From assembly GCF_009914755.1 (NCBI RefSeq), contig NC_060935.1: a stretch of DNA of 64,000 nucleotides. One strand, written 5' to 3'. This document shows, in pieces, positions 13,988 to 28,534 of this stretch; positions within the stretch are counted from its first letter, which is position 1; each line of letters opens with the position of its first letter. Made by a program: the position numbers and the translations under genes. The stretch is from the human T2T-CHM13v2.0 reference genome, Homo sapiens. The notes under the pieces were generated by a model that was not told the DNA's origin, did no database searches, and saw only the letters and a list, made by a program, of their open reading frames with translations.

Positions 13988-14324
13988 GGGATGTATTAAG
14001 CTTACAGAATTCACTGTGGCAGTGCCTTTACAAACTGGTTTTGACTACACGTTCATATAAAACCTAGTTATTGATTGAAGCCTAGTGATGAATTCTGCCC
14101 TTTTATTGAACGCTCAAAATGTATGCCCAGAACAGTGCCTGGCACGTAGTAGACATCCAATAAGTAGTTGGTGAATACATGATTGGATTATTTGTAGTGG
14201 ACTCTACTTTCTGTCTCCTTCAACATTCTGGATTTGCTGGACTTCTCCTTTTAGTTCCACACTCTTTCTCTCAAGTCCTGTGTGCATGACAGTCCCGCTT
14301 CCAGGAACCCTCTGCATCCACCTA

Positions 14325-14580
14325 AAAAATATTAATTGAGTGCTTTTTATGTGCCAGGCACTTGCATAGGTACTGGGGATACCACAGGGAGAGACACAAA
14401 TTTCCACCCTCATGGAGCTTATATCCTGGTAGGGGTAGAAAGACAATAAAGAAAAATAAATGCATGAACTATATGTATGTTAGATGAAGGAAAGAGATAT
14501 AGAGAAAGCTAAAGCCAGAAAGGGGGATGGGGTGTGTGGGTAGGTGGGGGCCAGTGGTGGGAATTTTAATAAGAAGGGGA
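14325..14580 (-). mobile_element. L2 fragment
   Basis: ATTGAGTGCTTTTTATGTGCCAGGCAC..CCCTCATGGAGCTTATATCCTGGT. Confidence 0.75.
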
Positions 14581-14585
14581 CAGCT

Positions 14586-14879
<294 letters not shown>

Positions 14880-15362
14880 GGTGACAGCTGACCAGTAACT
14901 CCCACTCATCTTTCAGGTCCTCCCTGAACCCCAAGACAAGGTGAATGCTCCCTGTTTTAGATTCCATGGTATATTTATTTCCTTTGTCATTACAATCATT
15001 ATAGCTGCAATTACCCTACAAAAACTGTCTTTCCTGCTGGACTGGAGCTTCACAAGACCAGGGACCATGTCATCCTGTTTATCATTCTATCCTAGCACCT
15101 GGGACTGTGCCTTGTCCAGGTAAGTGACACTCTACAAATATTTACTGAGTGAACAGATAAGTGAAAAATGGAGATTACTTTAAAAAATATCCTGTTTTCC
15201 TACTTGCTATTGTATACAGAGGGAGAATTTACAATATAAATAACATTCACTATGTTTCTTTGGTTGTACATATTAGGAAATTTGGAAAGCAGAGTGTCAA
15301 ATAAACAGTGAGCCCAACATTGTTGTAGTGCAGGGCTTCACAAAGTGGAATGTGCACACTAG

Positions 15363-15666
<304 letters not shown>

Positions 15667-16116
15667 CAGATTGTATTTTTCAAAGATGGCTGCAACAATA
15701 TGTCTTTCCCCATGTACTCTTCCTTGACATGCCAACAATTGAAAGCTGGAGTCTACCTCCCCCACCTCCCCCAAGTCTGAGTGGGACCATGACTACAGTG
15801 GAAGTGACATTATATAGCTTTTTTGAGATGTTTGCTTTGGAACTCAGCCACCAGGCTGTGAAGAGACTTGATCTTGGGATCTTTCTTGGAGCTATTTAAA
15901 AGAATTTCTCTTTCTCCTGGATTTGAAGCAGGGAAGGTGAAAGCCTGGAGCTGCTGGGAATGTATCATGTGGTAGGAGGATGCTCAAGAGTGACACCCAC
16001 ACAGGAAAGCAGAGCTGACACACAGAGAGACCAAATCTTGTTGATTGTTTGAGATCCTTGACCCAGCCATGCCTGAAGTCCCCTTAGAATTCTCACTTGG
16101 ATGAGTCAATCATTCC

Positions 16117-16184
<68 letters not shown>

Positions 16185-16185
16185 T

Positions 16186-16237
<52 letters not shown>

Positions 16238-16244
16238 TTCTTTC

Positions 16245-16276
<32 letters not shown>

Positions 16277-16365
16277 ACTTTCTTTCTTCTTTCTTTTTCT
16301 TCTTATTTTCTTAAAGCTAGTTTGAGTTGGGTCTCTTACCTGTATTAGAAGAGTCATGACCAATA
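15667..16365 (+). mobile_element. Old MaLR LTR pieces (MLT1H-like 5' part, MLT1J/K-like 3' part)
   Basis: CAGATTGTATTTTTCAAAGATGGCTGCAACAATA start; CCAGCCATGCCTGAAG..GCTAGTTTGAGTTGGG..AAGAGTCATGACCAATA end. Confidence 0.7.
16117..16300. repeat. Long interrupted (TTTC)n / (GAAA)n microsatellite
   Basis: ~180 bp of near-pure TTTC units; source of the F/L/S and K/E/R ORFs at 16097-16390. Confidence 0.97.
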
Positions 16366-17160
16366 GAATGGACAATATTCTTGGCAGCACAGAGTTTATG
16401 AACCTAGCCTTTGAAACTGTTCTTTGCTATGAAGAAACAAGGATCTTGTTAATCCTCCTTCCCTGAGAATAACCTTGAGGAGCCTTGTCTGCCAATTACT
16501 ATTAATGAGCACATCCAAAATGCCAGTCCTTTGATGGTCCAGGGGCCCTCATCAACTATTTCCACCGTCTTCCCTCTGTGACCTCTGCAGTTTCTCTGGC
16601 TGCCCTGGCTGGAGGATAAACACCTTACACCTGCTCCCAGCATCCCCTGCTGGGGACAGGACTGGCTCAACCCAGAGGAACACCTTGGAGATCTCCAGTG
16701 ACTCATCTTGAACAGAGCCCCAGGTTTGCCTGGGGACTCAGGGAGTTGTTGGGTGAGAAATTCTAGAATACACATGAATAAATAAACTGGAGCTCAGTGC
16801 CAGTTTGAAGCAATTAAAGGATCCCATGAAAGCTGAACCTCTGGGGAGATGTATATGCTTCTAATGTATAATCTCCTAAATTCAAAAGGGCAGAGGTGTA
16901 GCCTTTTCTGATCTGAGCACCTGTGCATACCCACTCTTGACCCTAGAGTTCTAAACTTCTCATTATGGTGGCCTGTCCCAGGCTCTTTCCTGTCACCCTG
17001 TAAATGCCTTCATAAAAGTTCCTCCAGAGGTTGGGTGCTGGGCTTGTGACGATTACTCTTAGTAGGTTGAGGCCTGGCTCCTGGGTCTTAACAGCAGGAA
17101 TGAGAAGGCAGGAAAGTGAAATTCTTCCTTCGAGATGGTTCTTCCCGCTTCTTTGTTTTA

Positions 17161-17196
17161 CAATGGCAAAAATCACAATACTTTTGCACCAACCTG
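17161..17196. mobile_element. MADE1 (mariner MITE) half
   Basis: AATGGCAAAAATCACAATACTTTTGCACCAACCT matches the Hsmar1/MADE1 TIR. Confidence 0.75.
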
Positions 17197-17619
17197 ACAG
17201 CAGGAAGTAGTGATGTTGGAAGCTGGGGGTTTCAACGTGCTGTTCCCTCTGTCTGGAATGTTCTTCCCCACATGGCTCCCCTCACTCCCCAAATCCCATT
17301 ATCTTCCAGGGCTGTCAGATGCTACCGTCTCAGGGAATCCATCCCTGACCCTATTCCCTCTCAGGCCTGTTTAGTTTTTATAGCTGTGGGGTTTCTGGAG
17401 CTCTTTATCTATCCTTTGGTTCTTAATGAGTTTTGGGTACACTGCCTACCACTGTGCTCCTCAAGTATTCGGTAGTGATGCTTCAGGTTTCAGAATTAAC
17501 TTCTTCGACTCCCATTTCTCTGGGTAGCCTGTAAAAACGGTGGAATGAGGCATGTTGAAATCCTATGGGCTTTGACTAATTGGAAGGCAGTAACTCCCTT
17601 TTCTCCCTTCCCAGGGGGC

Positions 17620-17865
17620 AGAGTGGCTAAATTCTAGAGACGAGCGATTGGGATTGAAAACCTGTTCCATCACTTTCTAGCCATAGGATCTTGGGCATGT
17701 AGATTAACTCCTCATTACCTCCTCACTTTTCTTATCTGTACAGCAGGGATAACGATGAACCCTACTGCTTAACATTGCTGTGAAGATTAAACAAAATGAT
17801 GGAGAATTAGTCTAGCGCTTGACATGTAAGAAAAACTTAGTAACAGCTGTGGTTGCTATTATAAA
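17620..17865 (+). mobile_element. MIR
   Basis: ATCTTGGGCATGTAGATTAAC..CTTATCTGTACAGCAGGGATAAC..GCTGTGAAGATTAAA. Confidence 0.75.
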
Positions 17866-18361
17866 TCAATACAAATCTACTGAACATTTAGTAGGAGATA
17901 GGGCAGAGTTTTAGGAATTGACTTCTAGGTGGCTTGAGGCAGCATCCAGACCTCACCTTGACCCAGCGTACATTGTTTCATCATTTCATTCATTCACTCA
18001 ACACATATTCATTGCCTGGCTACTATATAGAAGCTACTGCAGCTTTCACAGTCCTGGTGTGGGAATCATGATTAATGCCGGGAAAATAGTTTGTAGTTTT
18101 GGCTGACTGATGGGTTAGCATTCTAGACTATCTATTTCTTCACTAGAATTTACTTTGCTAGCTCCCAGCCCTGTGGTCAGGGACAAGGGATCCTTTGCTT
18201 CACTTTAGGGGAATGCTAAAGGTGAAAATAATACTTCTGTTTCTGCTATTTCTTAAACACAGCGACTGTAAAGGAAGCTTAAGAGAGAAGCATATGGGTT
18301 CAGACAATACTTTCTGGCTGGTAAGGAAAGAAACCACAAGGATTAGCAGGTACACTGCACT

Positions 18362-18363
<2 letters not shown>

Positions 18364-18414
<51 letters not shown>
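18364..18414. repeat. (CA)n microsatellite, ~25 units
   Basis: Pure AC run. Confidence 0.97.
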
Positions 18415-18419
<5 letters not shown>

Positions 18420-18819
18420 CAATAACAAGCCAGGAACTTAACTCTTTATGTACTGGGCTGAAATTCAGTATTCATGATCCATAGCCTTTGATTGGTAGTA
18501 GTAGAGTGTTCAGTAAACATATACATATATATATTTTGATTTGTAGGTATTTTGTTCAGAATATAGCACGTTTTGCCTGACTCCAGTTGGAGAAGCATTG
18601 GTTATATGCAACACTTTGTCTGACTGTAAAGTAGGATTCTGTAAATAGAACTTTTCCCCTTTAAATTCTTTTTGCCCATTTGATTCTTAGAACTTTTTGC
18701 CCCGTAGATTCTGCCCAATTTTTGAATGGCGAGCATCCTAAAAAACTCTGGCAGGTGGTGGTTCAATATGCACAACACTTTGTTGAATAGTGGTTTAATG
18801 TTGATTGATTCTAATTTTT

Positions 18820-19003
18820 TCTCTAGTAAACCTGAGTGCTATTAGCATTTTGGGGAGGACAACTTTTCTTTTTGTGAGACTGTCTTTTGCATTTCCAGTG
18901 AAAGCCAGTAGCACCCTCTAGTTATTACAACAGCTGAAAATGTCTCCCCCTTTTCTAGAAGCCCTGGAGAGGGACTGTACCAGCCCCAGTTGAGAATCAC
19001 TAG
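18820..19003. mobile_element. MER20-like hAT-Charlie MITE
   Basis: GCCAGTAGCACCCTCTAGTTATTACAAC..AAAATGTCTCC..CCCAGTTGAGAATCACT terminus. Confidence 0.55.
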
Positions 19004-21084
19004 CTAATACTGTATGTCTATAGTAGGTTTCCTTGTTTGGCAATGGGGGTCCAGCCTAGAACTTTCCCCACTAGTGGGGAAACTCCACAAACCCTGCACA
19101 GACCCATGTCAGATTTTATTCCCTGTTGCTTTTGGTGCTTGAGGACCGGGCTTGACCCTTGTGGATTCTCAATAGATATTTGTACCTGGTTGGTGGAAAG
19201 CGTATACATATAGTAATTATAGCATTAATGTCACATAACTTACTCAAACTGAACTGCAGAGTTTTTGTAAGCAGAGGTGATATTCAAAATATTTGACAAA
19301 TAGTACTCGCGCAAGCATGGACCAATCAGAACTTATCCTGGAGATTCTGGAAGCCCCCCCGATGGAACAGGCAACTTTTACCAGCTGGCTTGTGGGAAAG
19401 TCCAGGGGGTTCCAGGGATAGAAGTCAGGGAAGCAGGGCACAGTGAGAGATGGCATGTATTTGTTAAAATTTTAGCAGCCAGCAAGGCAATCCTAGAACA
19501 TGCTTCTGAATATTAGAAGACCATTTTGCAGAGTGCATTACACAGAATGTTTTCAGGACACCCTGATGAAATTTCCTTACAAAAGGTTTTCTGGTTTCTA
19601 GGCTTTCACCACTTATTTTTCTAGAATTCTTTTCCCCTTGCTCAGTCAGTGGGAGTCCAGATTATTCAAGAAAAGCATGAGAAAGAATTAGGATTCATCC
19701 GGTACTTCATGGGAGTAACACACAAATGTCTGTTCCTCATGAGCTCAACCGAGGTTTGCTACACTCACAAAGCCTTCTACCCTCTCTGCTTCTGCCCCTG
19801 AAGCTGTGACCTTTGGAAGAGTAGTTCTCCCTGTGAGCGTCCTAAACTTCAGTCTCCAGAACTTGGCTAAGCAATTGCTCCTGAGGGAAGGAAGGGCTAG
19901 TGACAAACATTCGGATTGCAAGAGATCGGGAGCTCTAGAGTTTAGTTCTGCTTCTTCTCTTACCAGTTGAGTAATTTTAGGCAGACAGAGAAAAAGTACA
20001 TATTAGTGTTGGAAGTCTGTGGGCAAATCTCACAGCCTCTCTCAGTTTCAACAACGATAGAATAAGGGATCTGCGCTGACTGCTCTTTAGAGCTCATCCA
20101 GCCAGGAGTTCTCGAGTCCCATCTCCTTTGACTGTCTCTGGGTCATGGAGGTGGAAGACTCATTCCTGTTTCAGTCTCATGCTCACCGTTCTGGCTGCTG
20201 GTCAGCTCCTCCCTCACTTACATGGCTGGCACCTTCGGGCTCTACATATGGGAATCTAGGGCTTGGTCCACTCTCCTTTGGTGTTTGCCAAAGGGTCTAC
20301 TGGGCGGTGGGGCCTCCAGCCCTAGGCCTTAGCTTAGGGGGTCTCCCATGGGAAACTATGGCAATGTCTCTTCTTTCCTCCTTTACATTCACTCCTGCAC
20401 TTCTCTCCCTATTTTACTGACTCTCACTCATGCTGTTTCTCTTTCTCTCTCCTCCTCTCACCTCATTTCCTTCTTCACACCCTTAGACCTGGGCCCTACC
20501 AGCTCACCTACTTCAACTCCACGGAAACCAAAATGCTAAGGTCCCTGTCTCTGTTGTTAGATTGCTGTTTCTTTCTCTGGGCCCTCAGGAAAGTTACTTA
20601 ACCTCTCCTTGCCTCAGTTTCCTCATTTATAGACATAATATGAATTCCCAGTTTGTTGGGTTAATTAAATGAGATGATCCATGTAAAGCTCTTACAGCAG
20701 CATGTCCAGCAGATGGGAATTGCTCACTGCTAGTGATTTCTTTTCTCCCCTGCAGCAAGTTGATTTGGCTCATGAAATACATATGGGTGGGATAAAGTTA
20801 ATTATCAATTTGCTCTGGGAAATTTGCATTATTTTTCCTTCAAGCATTTAAAAAATAGATGAGCGATTTGCTAACTTAGTTTTCTTCTTAGATTCAGCTG
20901 CCATTCCCATCTTTTCCCACAAGCACACACATACTTCAGTTTCCCTGAACTATTTGGGGTTCCCAGACTCATTGAGCTATGTTATGCCTCTTTGCTTTTG
21001 CATTTTCCTGGTGTGTCCTTTTGGCAGTCTGTCTTTGTCTTGGTGGTGATGGGACAGAGAGACTTCTTGTCAATGGATGTTTCA

Positions 21085-21390
21085 GGAATTGGCTCACATG
21101 TCACCTCCTCTGAGAAGCCTTTCCTGACCACACACCACCTCCTTCAGGAAGCCTTCCCTGACTGCTGCTTCTCTCCACAGCAGAGTTAAATGCTTTTTTT
21201 GTGCTTTGTACATATATTGTCACAGGGCTTATACCATGGTGGCATCATTATATCTACTTACTTGTCTCTTATTCTAAATGCAATCCTTGAAGGCAGGGAC
21301 TATGTTTTATCTATCTTCTTGTTCTCAGCAGCCAGTCCAGGTTTTTCTTTTTTGGCATAGCAAGTGCTTAGTAAATGTTAAATGAATGAA
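21085..21390 (+). mobile_element. L2 3' fragment
   Basis: TGTCACCTCCTCTGAGAAGCCTTTCCTGACC..CCTTGAAGGCAGGGAC..GTGCTTAGTAAATGTTAAATGAATGAA. Confidence 0.75.
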
Positions 21391-22274
21391 GAAGATGGGA
21401 AGAGACCTTCTAATACCGCAGTAGAGAAGTCACAAGTCATTGTTCTAAAGGACATTCAGTTTACTAAGATAGAAGCTTTTCTGTCCTATTCTTACCTTAG
21501 GCACAATTTTAACAAGTTTTTTTTTGTTTTAACCATAGCTGATTAGAAAGAACAGGTTAGAAGAGGTGGGGAAGAAGCTGTTAGAGGTAAGCATACTGAA
21601 AGCAGAAATGACACCTGACCCTCTGATAGCGATAAGAACAGTGAAATTACAAAACGCACAATTGAACGCTCAAGTATGGGCTTGTTTCACGTATGGGAAG
21701 CAAATTTAGGTGGCATAGGACATTCCTGCACAGCCCAACAATTAATATTCAATGGAATGTCCCGAGTTACAAGAAGGTTAAATTATACTTTGCATACTCT
21801 GCTTAAGAAAAAGCAAAAGCGTTGAAACCTATTGGGTTTTTCATGGAAGAAGCTACAGCCATCTGGAAATGACACAGGGCTCTTTAATCATTAAGATGCT
21901 TGGACATTTTCACACAGAAACTGTGTTGCTGGGTGGGGGAGATTCTGCAGTCTCATCACTACATTTGGGTATGAAGGCCATCTTGCCAGTAAACAGCAGA
22001 ATGGCAAATAGAAGATATCTTAGGACTTTGCTTCTCACGCTCTCCTCTTTGGAGCCCTGGGGTTTCCTTAGCATTCTCTTGTAGTTGGTGCTGGGGGTTG
22101 GCGGGTGGCGGGGAATTGTGTTCTCTCTGTCTACCATGATTAGCCCCCTATTTTCTGTGCAACTGGTGGGGTATCAGAGGAAGATTTTGTTTGAAGGAAA
22201 TAGTTCTCTTCTGAAAAACATGGTAACAGTTTTGTTATGACAGATAATATGTGTATTGGATAGATGTTCTTAGC

Positions 22275-22492
22275 AGGCAGTGGTTAAGAGCATCATCGAA
22301 GGGAGTTCCAGTCCCAGCTCCTGGGCTTCACATCTCTGTACTTCAGTTTCCTCATTTGTAAAATGGGGATAATAATAGTACCTGTACTGGGTTGTTGTGA
22401 GAATTAAATTAGTTAAATAAAATATGTCAGGTGCTTAGAAAAGTGCCTAAGATATAATAAATGCTATGTTAAGTGTTTGCTGTTTATTATTT
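22275..22492 (+). mobile_element. MIR (well preserved)
   Basis: GTGGTTAAGAGC..CTTCAGTTTCCTCATTTGTAAAATGGGGATAATAATAGTACCT..GGTTGTTGTGAGAATTAAAT. Confidence 0.9.
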
Positions 22493-22580
22493 AAGAAGCT
22501 CCTTGATCAAGCATGCCCTGGAGAGGGAAGACAAAGCTCTGAAAACTGGTGCTATCTGAGCTTTGAAAAATGGGCAGGTA

Positions 22581-22931
22581 CACAGCCACAAAAAAGAACA
22601 AGATCCTGGCCTTTGCAGCAACATGGATGGAGCTGGAGACCATTATCCTAAACAAACTAGCACAGGAACAGAAAACCAAATACTGCATGTTCTCACTTAT
22701 AAGTGGGAATTAAACATTGAGTACACATAGACACAAAGAAGAGAACAAAAGACACGGAGGCCTACTTGAGGATGGGGGGTGGGAGAGGGTCAAAAAACTA
22801 TCTATTGGTTACCGTGCTTATTACCTGGGTGATGAAATAATCTGTACATCAAACCCCTGCAACACATAATTTATCCATGTAACAAACCTGCACATGTACT
22901 CCTGAAACTAAAATGAAAATCTAAAAAAAAT
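22581..22931 (+). mobile_element. L1PA15/16-type 3' end
   Basis: TTTGCAGCAACATGGATGGAGCTGGAG..AAACCAAATACTGCATGTTCTCACTTATAAGTGGG..GTAACAAACCTGCACATGTAC, A-tail. Confidence 0.9.
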
Positions 22932-23333
22932 CGTGGGAGGTAAAATATGAATTTTTTATGTTATTATTTGTTTTGTACTTCATTTTGTAATTCCTCAAAA
23001 TTAAAAGATCATCAAATCGAGAGAACAAAAACCATAAATAAAAATAAATCTTATTTTGCCCAAAAATTTTAAAAAAGGAAAATAGGTAAGTTATTTGCCA
23101 CATGGAGAGGGGCAGTGCATTTTAGTTGGAAGATGAAGGCAAGGAGGGTGAAAGATTGTATGTCCAGGCACTGTCAGGAGCTAGTACACAGGAGATGTGT
23201 AGTAAATGGCAAATGGGACCCAGGTCAGCCACTGTGGTCAGAATGTAAGGGTGGGAGGGAGGTGATGAAGAACAAACAGCGCAGTGCCTGTGCCGTGCTG
23301 GGGACGATCTATCTCTCTTGTTTGCCTTGCTAA

Positions 23334-23659
<326 letters not shown>

Positions 23660-23689
23660 CCAGTGACATCTTTAAATCTGCATTCTTGA

Positions 23690-24220
23690 GAGGTGCTCTG
23701 GCAGTGCTGTGGAGAATAAATAAATCAGAAAGGGAAGAGTTGGATGAAGTCAGTGGCTGTTTTAAAGATAAAACTCATAGGGTGGGGTATAAGACAAAGA
23801 GAGGGAGAGGTCGAAGATGATTCTGGAGGTTCCTGGTTTGGGCAGTTGGGTAGATGAGATGCTGCTCATCAAGATAGGGAAGGCAGGAGGAGGAGCAGGT
23901 TTGGGTGGGGCAAAGGAATGAGTTCATTTCTGGGACAGGTTGGATTTGAGGTGCCTAAAGGGAAATTGAGGGGGACATACTCAGTAGACAGTTGGATGGC
24001 TGAGTCTGGACCTCAGAAGAAAGGGAGCTAGAGATACTGATTTGGAAGTCAGGAGCTTATAGATGAGAGTTGAAACTTCAGGAATGCTTGAGTTCACTCA
24101 GGGAACGAGTACAAAGTGACAGAAGAAGAGGGAGAAGAATGGAACGTGGGGGAACACAGACCACAGAGGCGCAGGCCCAGGAAGGGGTCAGTGGGAGAGA
24201 TGAGGGAGGGACAATGTGAC
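23690..24220 (-). mobile_element. L2 fragment
   Basis: GAAGATGATTCTGGAGGTTCCTGGTTTGGGCAGTTGGGTAGATG..GGAGGAGCAGGTTTGGG..TTTGAGGTGCCT..AGACAGTTGGAT. Confidence 0.75.
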
Positions 24221-24524
24221 AAAGCTCTTGGCTTGGGTAAGGGGGATGCAGAGCAGCTGTCAAGAGGGACCCTCCCAGGCCTTGCCCACTCTGATAATTG
24301 ATCTGAAAAACAATATCGCTCTCAAAGAGTAAGAAGGGATTTATGGTCTTGGGAACAGTGTGTTTTGGAGTTGGAAAGAATCTCAGAGATTTTATGGTTC
24401 ACTGGTTTAAAAAAAGGTTTAAAGGAGACAGCTCTTTATCATAAAAAAACTGAAACTTTGTGCTAAATCTCAATAGATGATTGATAAACATAGAGCTGCC
24501 ACAAATCCCAACAGATGATTGAAA

Positions 24525-24966
<442 letters not shown>

Positions 24967-25016
24967 TTAGCTGTGGTTGTAGCTGTGGATAAAAAGGCAG
25001 TTCTTGCCCCTGGGCT

Positions 25017-25192
25017 CAATGGTTTTCAACCTTGGCTGCACCTTAAAATCACCTTAGGAGCTTAAAAAAGTTCCCAATGCCCAGGCTGTGCCCCATACCA
25101 TGAAATCAGTCACTGGGCAGACACCTCAAGCATCAGTAGTTTAAAAACTCTCCAGGTGACTTCAATGTGCAGTCACATTTGAGAACCAGCTG
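25017..25192. mobile_element. MER5A1 (hAT-Charlie MITE)
   Basis: CAATGGTTTTCAACCTTGGCTGCACCTTAAAATCACC..CTCCAGGTGACTTCAATGTGCAG..TTGAGAACCAGCTG. Confidence 0.85.
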
Positions 25193-25869
25193 AGTGCAGT
25201 GTAGACAATCCGGTGAGTTAACGTATTTCTACTGAACCTAAATGGTAGAACCTTGAACCTGTTCACTCTCCTCATTTTATTCATGAGGGTCCAGGAGTTA
25301 AGTCAGCCAAGGTGGACAGAGAAGGTATTGGGCCTGGAACCTCTGTCCCCTGACTTCTTAGCCCACGTTCCTGTCTTCCTGCACACTAGTGTGGCCTCAG
25401 CTTGCTGGGTGCTGTACGGCCCTTAACCTGGTTGGTCGCTGGGCTTGGATGTTAAGTAAAAACCTGGTGAATGATCTGCATTGTTCTCTCTTTTCACCAA
25501 GGCTGTCTTCTTTCTCTGTGAAAAGCTAGTTGAATTCTTTCTCTAAATGGGGTATTCTTCATTCAGAGGCAGCACAATGGGCCTCTTTCACTGACAATTC
25601 AGTTTCTAGTAACAGAGACTGTGGGGCCTGCCAGCAATCTCCTTGTGAAACTGGCATGCTCTCGGTTCTGAAAATGAACCATGGGCACCAACACCTGGAG
25701 AAATAAGGAGCCCCTGTTTAAGCTGAGAAGGGTGCTGGAGGCACCTGTGTGATGTTGGGTCAGTGGAGGAACTTCTCTGAGCATTAGTTTCAGACTGAAA
25801 CATTAGGACATAGGATTGCTGTGAGGATTAAATGACTTGATGTGTACAAAGGGTGGGGCACCCATTATG

Positions 25870-26886
25870 CACCAAGTGCTAAGCTAAGACTCTTGTATAC
25901 ACAATATGCAATTTAGTCCACAGAATTAAATCAGCAAATTCGATGTTATAGATTGTTATCCCCAGTTTATAAACGAGGATACTGAAGCCCAGAGAAGCCA
26001 AGTAACATGTTCAATGCTGCACAGTCATTGAAGGAGCTGGTCTTGGGCTTCCCCACAGTGAGAGGTCAGTATTATGTTAGCTATTGCATTTTGTGAGACA
26101 TTGTTTAGAATTCAGATGGAAGGAAAGAAAAGATGGCATGGGAGGCAAGATTTTTTTTATTACTTTGGAGATTGTGCTCAGAACCATGATATTTAAGCTA
26201 GAAGCTGAGGAGTTTCATACTGGGAACAGGGGGAAAAAAACTAATTTTTTTCTGGGTGCAATTTAAGCATCATCCCATGCCTGTTTTGTGTACATTATTT
26301 AATCCACAGGAATAAACCTGCAAGGAAGGTGTTGCAGATTTTTATCCCTATGTTGGAAATGAGGATTCGGAAGCTCAGAGAACGTAAGCAACATGCCCAG
26401 TGTCACGGAGCAAGGTCAAAACCAGACTTTGGACCAAGATCTATCTGGCCTTGGAAGCATCTCCCCTTTGGCCTGGTCTTTGCTCTGTATGTCTTGTTGA
26501 CCCCAAAGAATAAAGTCACCTACATGTTTCAGTTGACTTTTTAATTTCCTTATGAATGTCATCCCCACTCCCAAGTTCCCACGATAATCAGAAAGGGCGG
26601 TTTCCTAGGCTATTTCCTTGGTAGTCAGATTGGGAGGAGAATGGCACTAATACTAATACTAATAACCATAATTATGAGTAACATTGATTGAACACTATGT
26701 TCCAAGTGCTCAATATGTTCTGGACGCTGTTGCAAGAACTTGACAGATATTATCTCACTTAATTCTTACAATGCTCCTATATAGTTAGAATAGTTACTCT
26801 CCCCCTTTTTGGAGATGGGAAATTGTGGCACAGATCAGTTGACCAACATGTTTAATATTACACAGCTAGTCACAAAGAAGCTGGGA
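25870..26886 (-). mobile_element. Cluster of three MIR relics (~25870-26040, ~26270-26460, ~26645-26886)
   Basis: Reverse MIR cores (ATCCCCAGTTTATAAACGAGGATACTGAAGCCCAGAGA; GAAATGAGGATTCGGAAGCTCAGAGA; TTTTGGAGATGGGAAATTGTGGCACAGA). Confidence 0.75.
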
Positions 26887-27191
26887 TTTATTTTTTATTT
26901 TTTATTTTTTGAGACAGGGTCTCTCTCTGTCTCCCAGGAGTGCAGTGGTGCGATCTCGGCTCCCTGCAACCTTCACCTTCCCAGTTCGAGTGATCCTCCC
27001 ACCTAAGCCTTCTGAGTAGCTGAGGCTACAGACATGTACCACCAAAGTTGGATAATTTTTTGGATTCTTTTGTAGAGACGGAGGTCTTGATACGTTGCCC
27101 AGGCTGGTCTTGAACTCTTGGAATCAAGCGATCCTTCTGCCTCGGCCTCCCAAAGTGCTGGGAATATATGCAGAAGCCACTGTGTCTGGCT
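26887..27191 (-). mobile_element. AluJb-like
   Basis: GAGACAGGGTCTC..GTGATCCTCCCACC..TTTTGTAGAGACGG..TTGCCCAGGCTGGTCTTGAACTC; TSD-like AGC(TG/CA)GGATTT. Confidence 0.9.
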
Positions 27192-28534
27192 GAGCCAGGA
27201 TTTTAGCCATGTAGTGAAACCCAGAAATCACTTGGTGGAACTTGCCGGAAGCAGATATTGTGGTCCTCATGCCTCTTGACCTGGTTTTCTATTGGCAGCT
27301 GCCAGGTGTTTGATGAGGGAGTGCTCACTGGGGAATGACTCTCCTTCCACTTGATTTTGAGGGAACAGTGGTTCCTGGTGTGTGAGTTTCACAGTGAGCC
27401 TGAGAGCAAGGTCTCTGACCGTTTCCTGCCTGTAGATGTCCATGGACTTGGTCTCCATTTAACTCTGCTCCAACCTGCTCCCTCAGCTGGGCTCTCAGTC
27501 CTACCACATAACCCTGCCCTCTGAGAACCCAAGACAGAATTTAAGGAGGGGGGCTCCCATCCCGGAGGTGGGTCTCTTGTGCTTTCTTGCCTTGTTCTCA
27601 TGCCGCACACTCTGCTTCAGGCCATCTTTGTTTCCCCAACCTTGGATCCGGGAGTCAGATCCGCATCCTGTCTTGGATGGCTGGAGATCCCTTGTGTGTC
27701 TCTGACCTTGGCCACCGTATTTTTACATTTGAACAAACTTAATGTGGAGAGATTAACTTGCTCCAAGGCACATAGTAAGAAGTAGCCAAGCTAGGATTTG
27801 AGCTCAGGTCTGTCTGACACCAAAGCTCCTAGCCACTATCCCCTGTGGCTTCCCATCTCTTTTTTTGTCCTTCTGTCTCTTCATTCTGAAGTCCGAAGTG
27901 TCACATGGGTGGGGGAGCACTTGGGTCATTTGCGTGAGGAGGGCGGCTCCTCTCCTTGCCATTTTCTCCCTGCCCAAACTGTGTGCCCTGTGAGCTCTCA
28001 AATCTGGACCCAGGGGGATCCTGCACAGTTTGTCTGGGGCAGAGTGTAAATAAGTCACTTGTCTTCCTCTCTGAGAGTGACAGGAATGGCTCTGTCATGT
28101 GTGAATGTGTGTGTACATTTGCGTGATCCACCCTCCCTTACTTGCCCCTCCTGACGGATAGCTGATCCTGTGTCTGAGTTTGATTCATTTTGGGTCAAAA
28201 ACAACCCCGATCTGAAGATAAGAAGTCATCCCAGCAGGATTGGAGGGTGAGATAATGTGGCGCTTGCAATGAGTTCATTTTAACTGGTGACTTTTTCCAC
28301 CTGAGTTCTCATGTGTGAAGAGTGAGTCCTGGTGTGGGGAGGCATGCCGGGGAAAGCTAAAAATACAGGCAGGCTCTCTAGGGAGAGCTGAGGTCTTCCC
28401 ACTGCAAATGCATAGGAGCCCAGTCCCTGGACCAGTTGCAGAGGGTGGGGCAGGGCTGCTGGTGCAGACCTCTGGGTAACATGCATTCTGTAGTGAGCAT
28501 TTACCAGGCTCATGGCAGCTAGCTTTTTTGAATA

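Noticed and set aside
16097-16390. F/L/S-rich and K/E/R-rich ORFs
   Set aside because: Translation of the (TTTC)n microsatellite.
19244-19456. ORF starting MPSL.., like my recollection of the ELF5 long-isoform N-terminus
   Set aside because: The match ends after four residues; no ELF5 or EHF PNT/ETS coding sequence is visible in the window.
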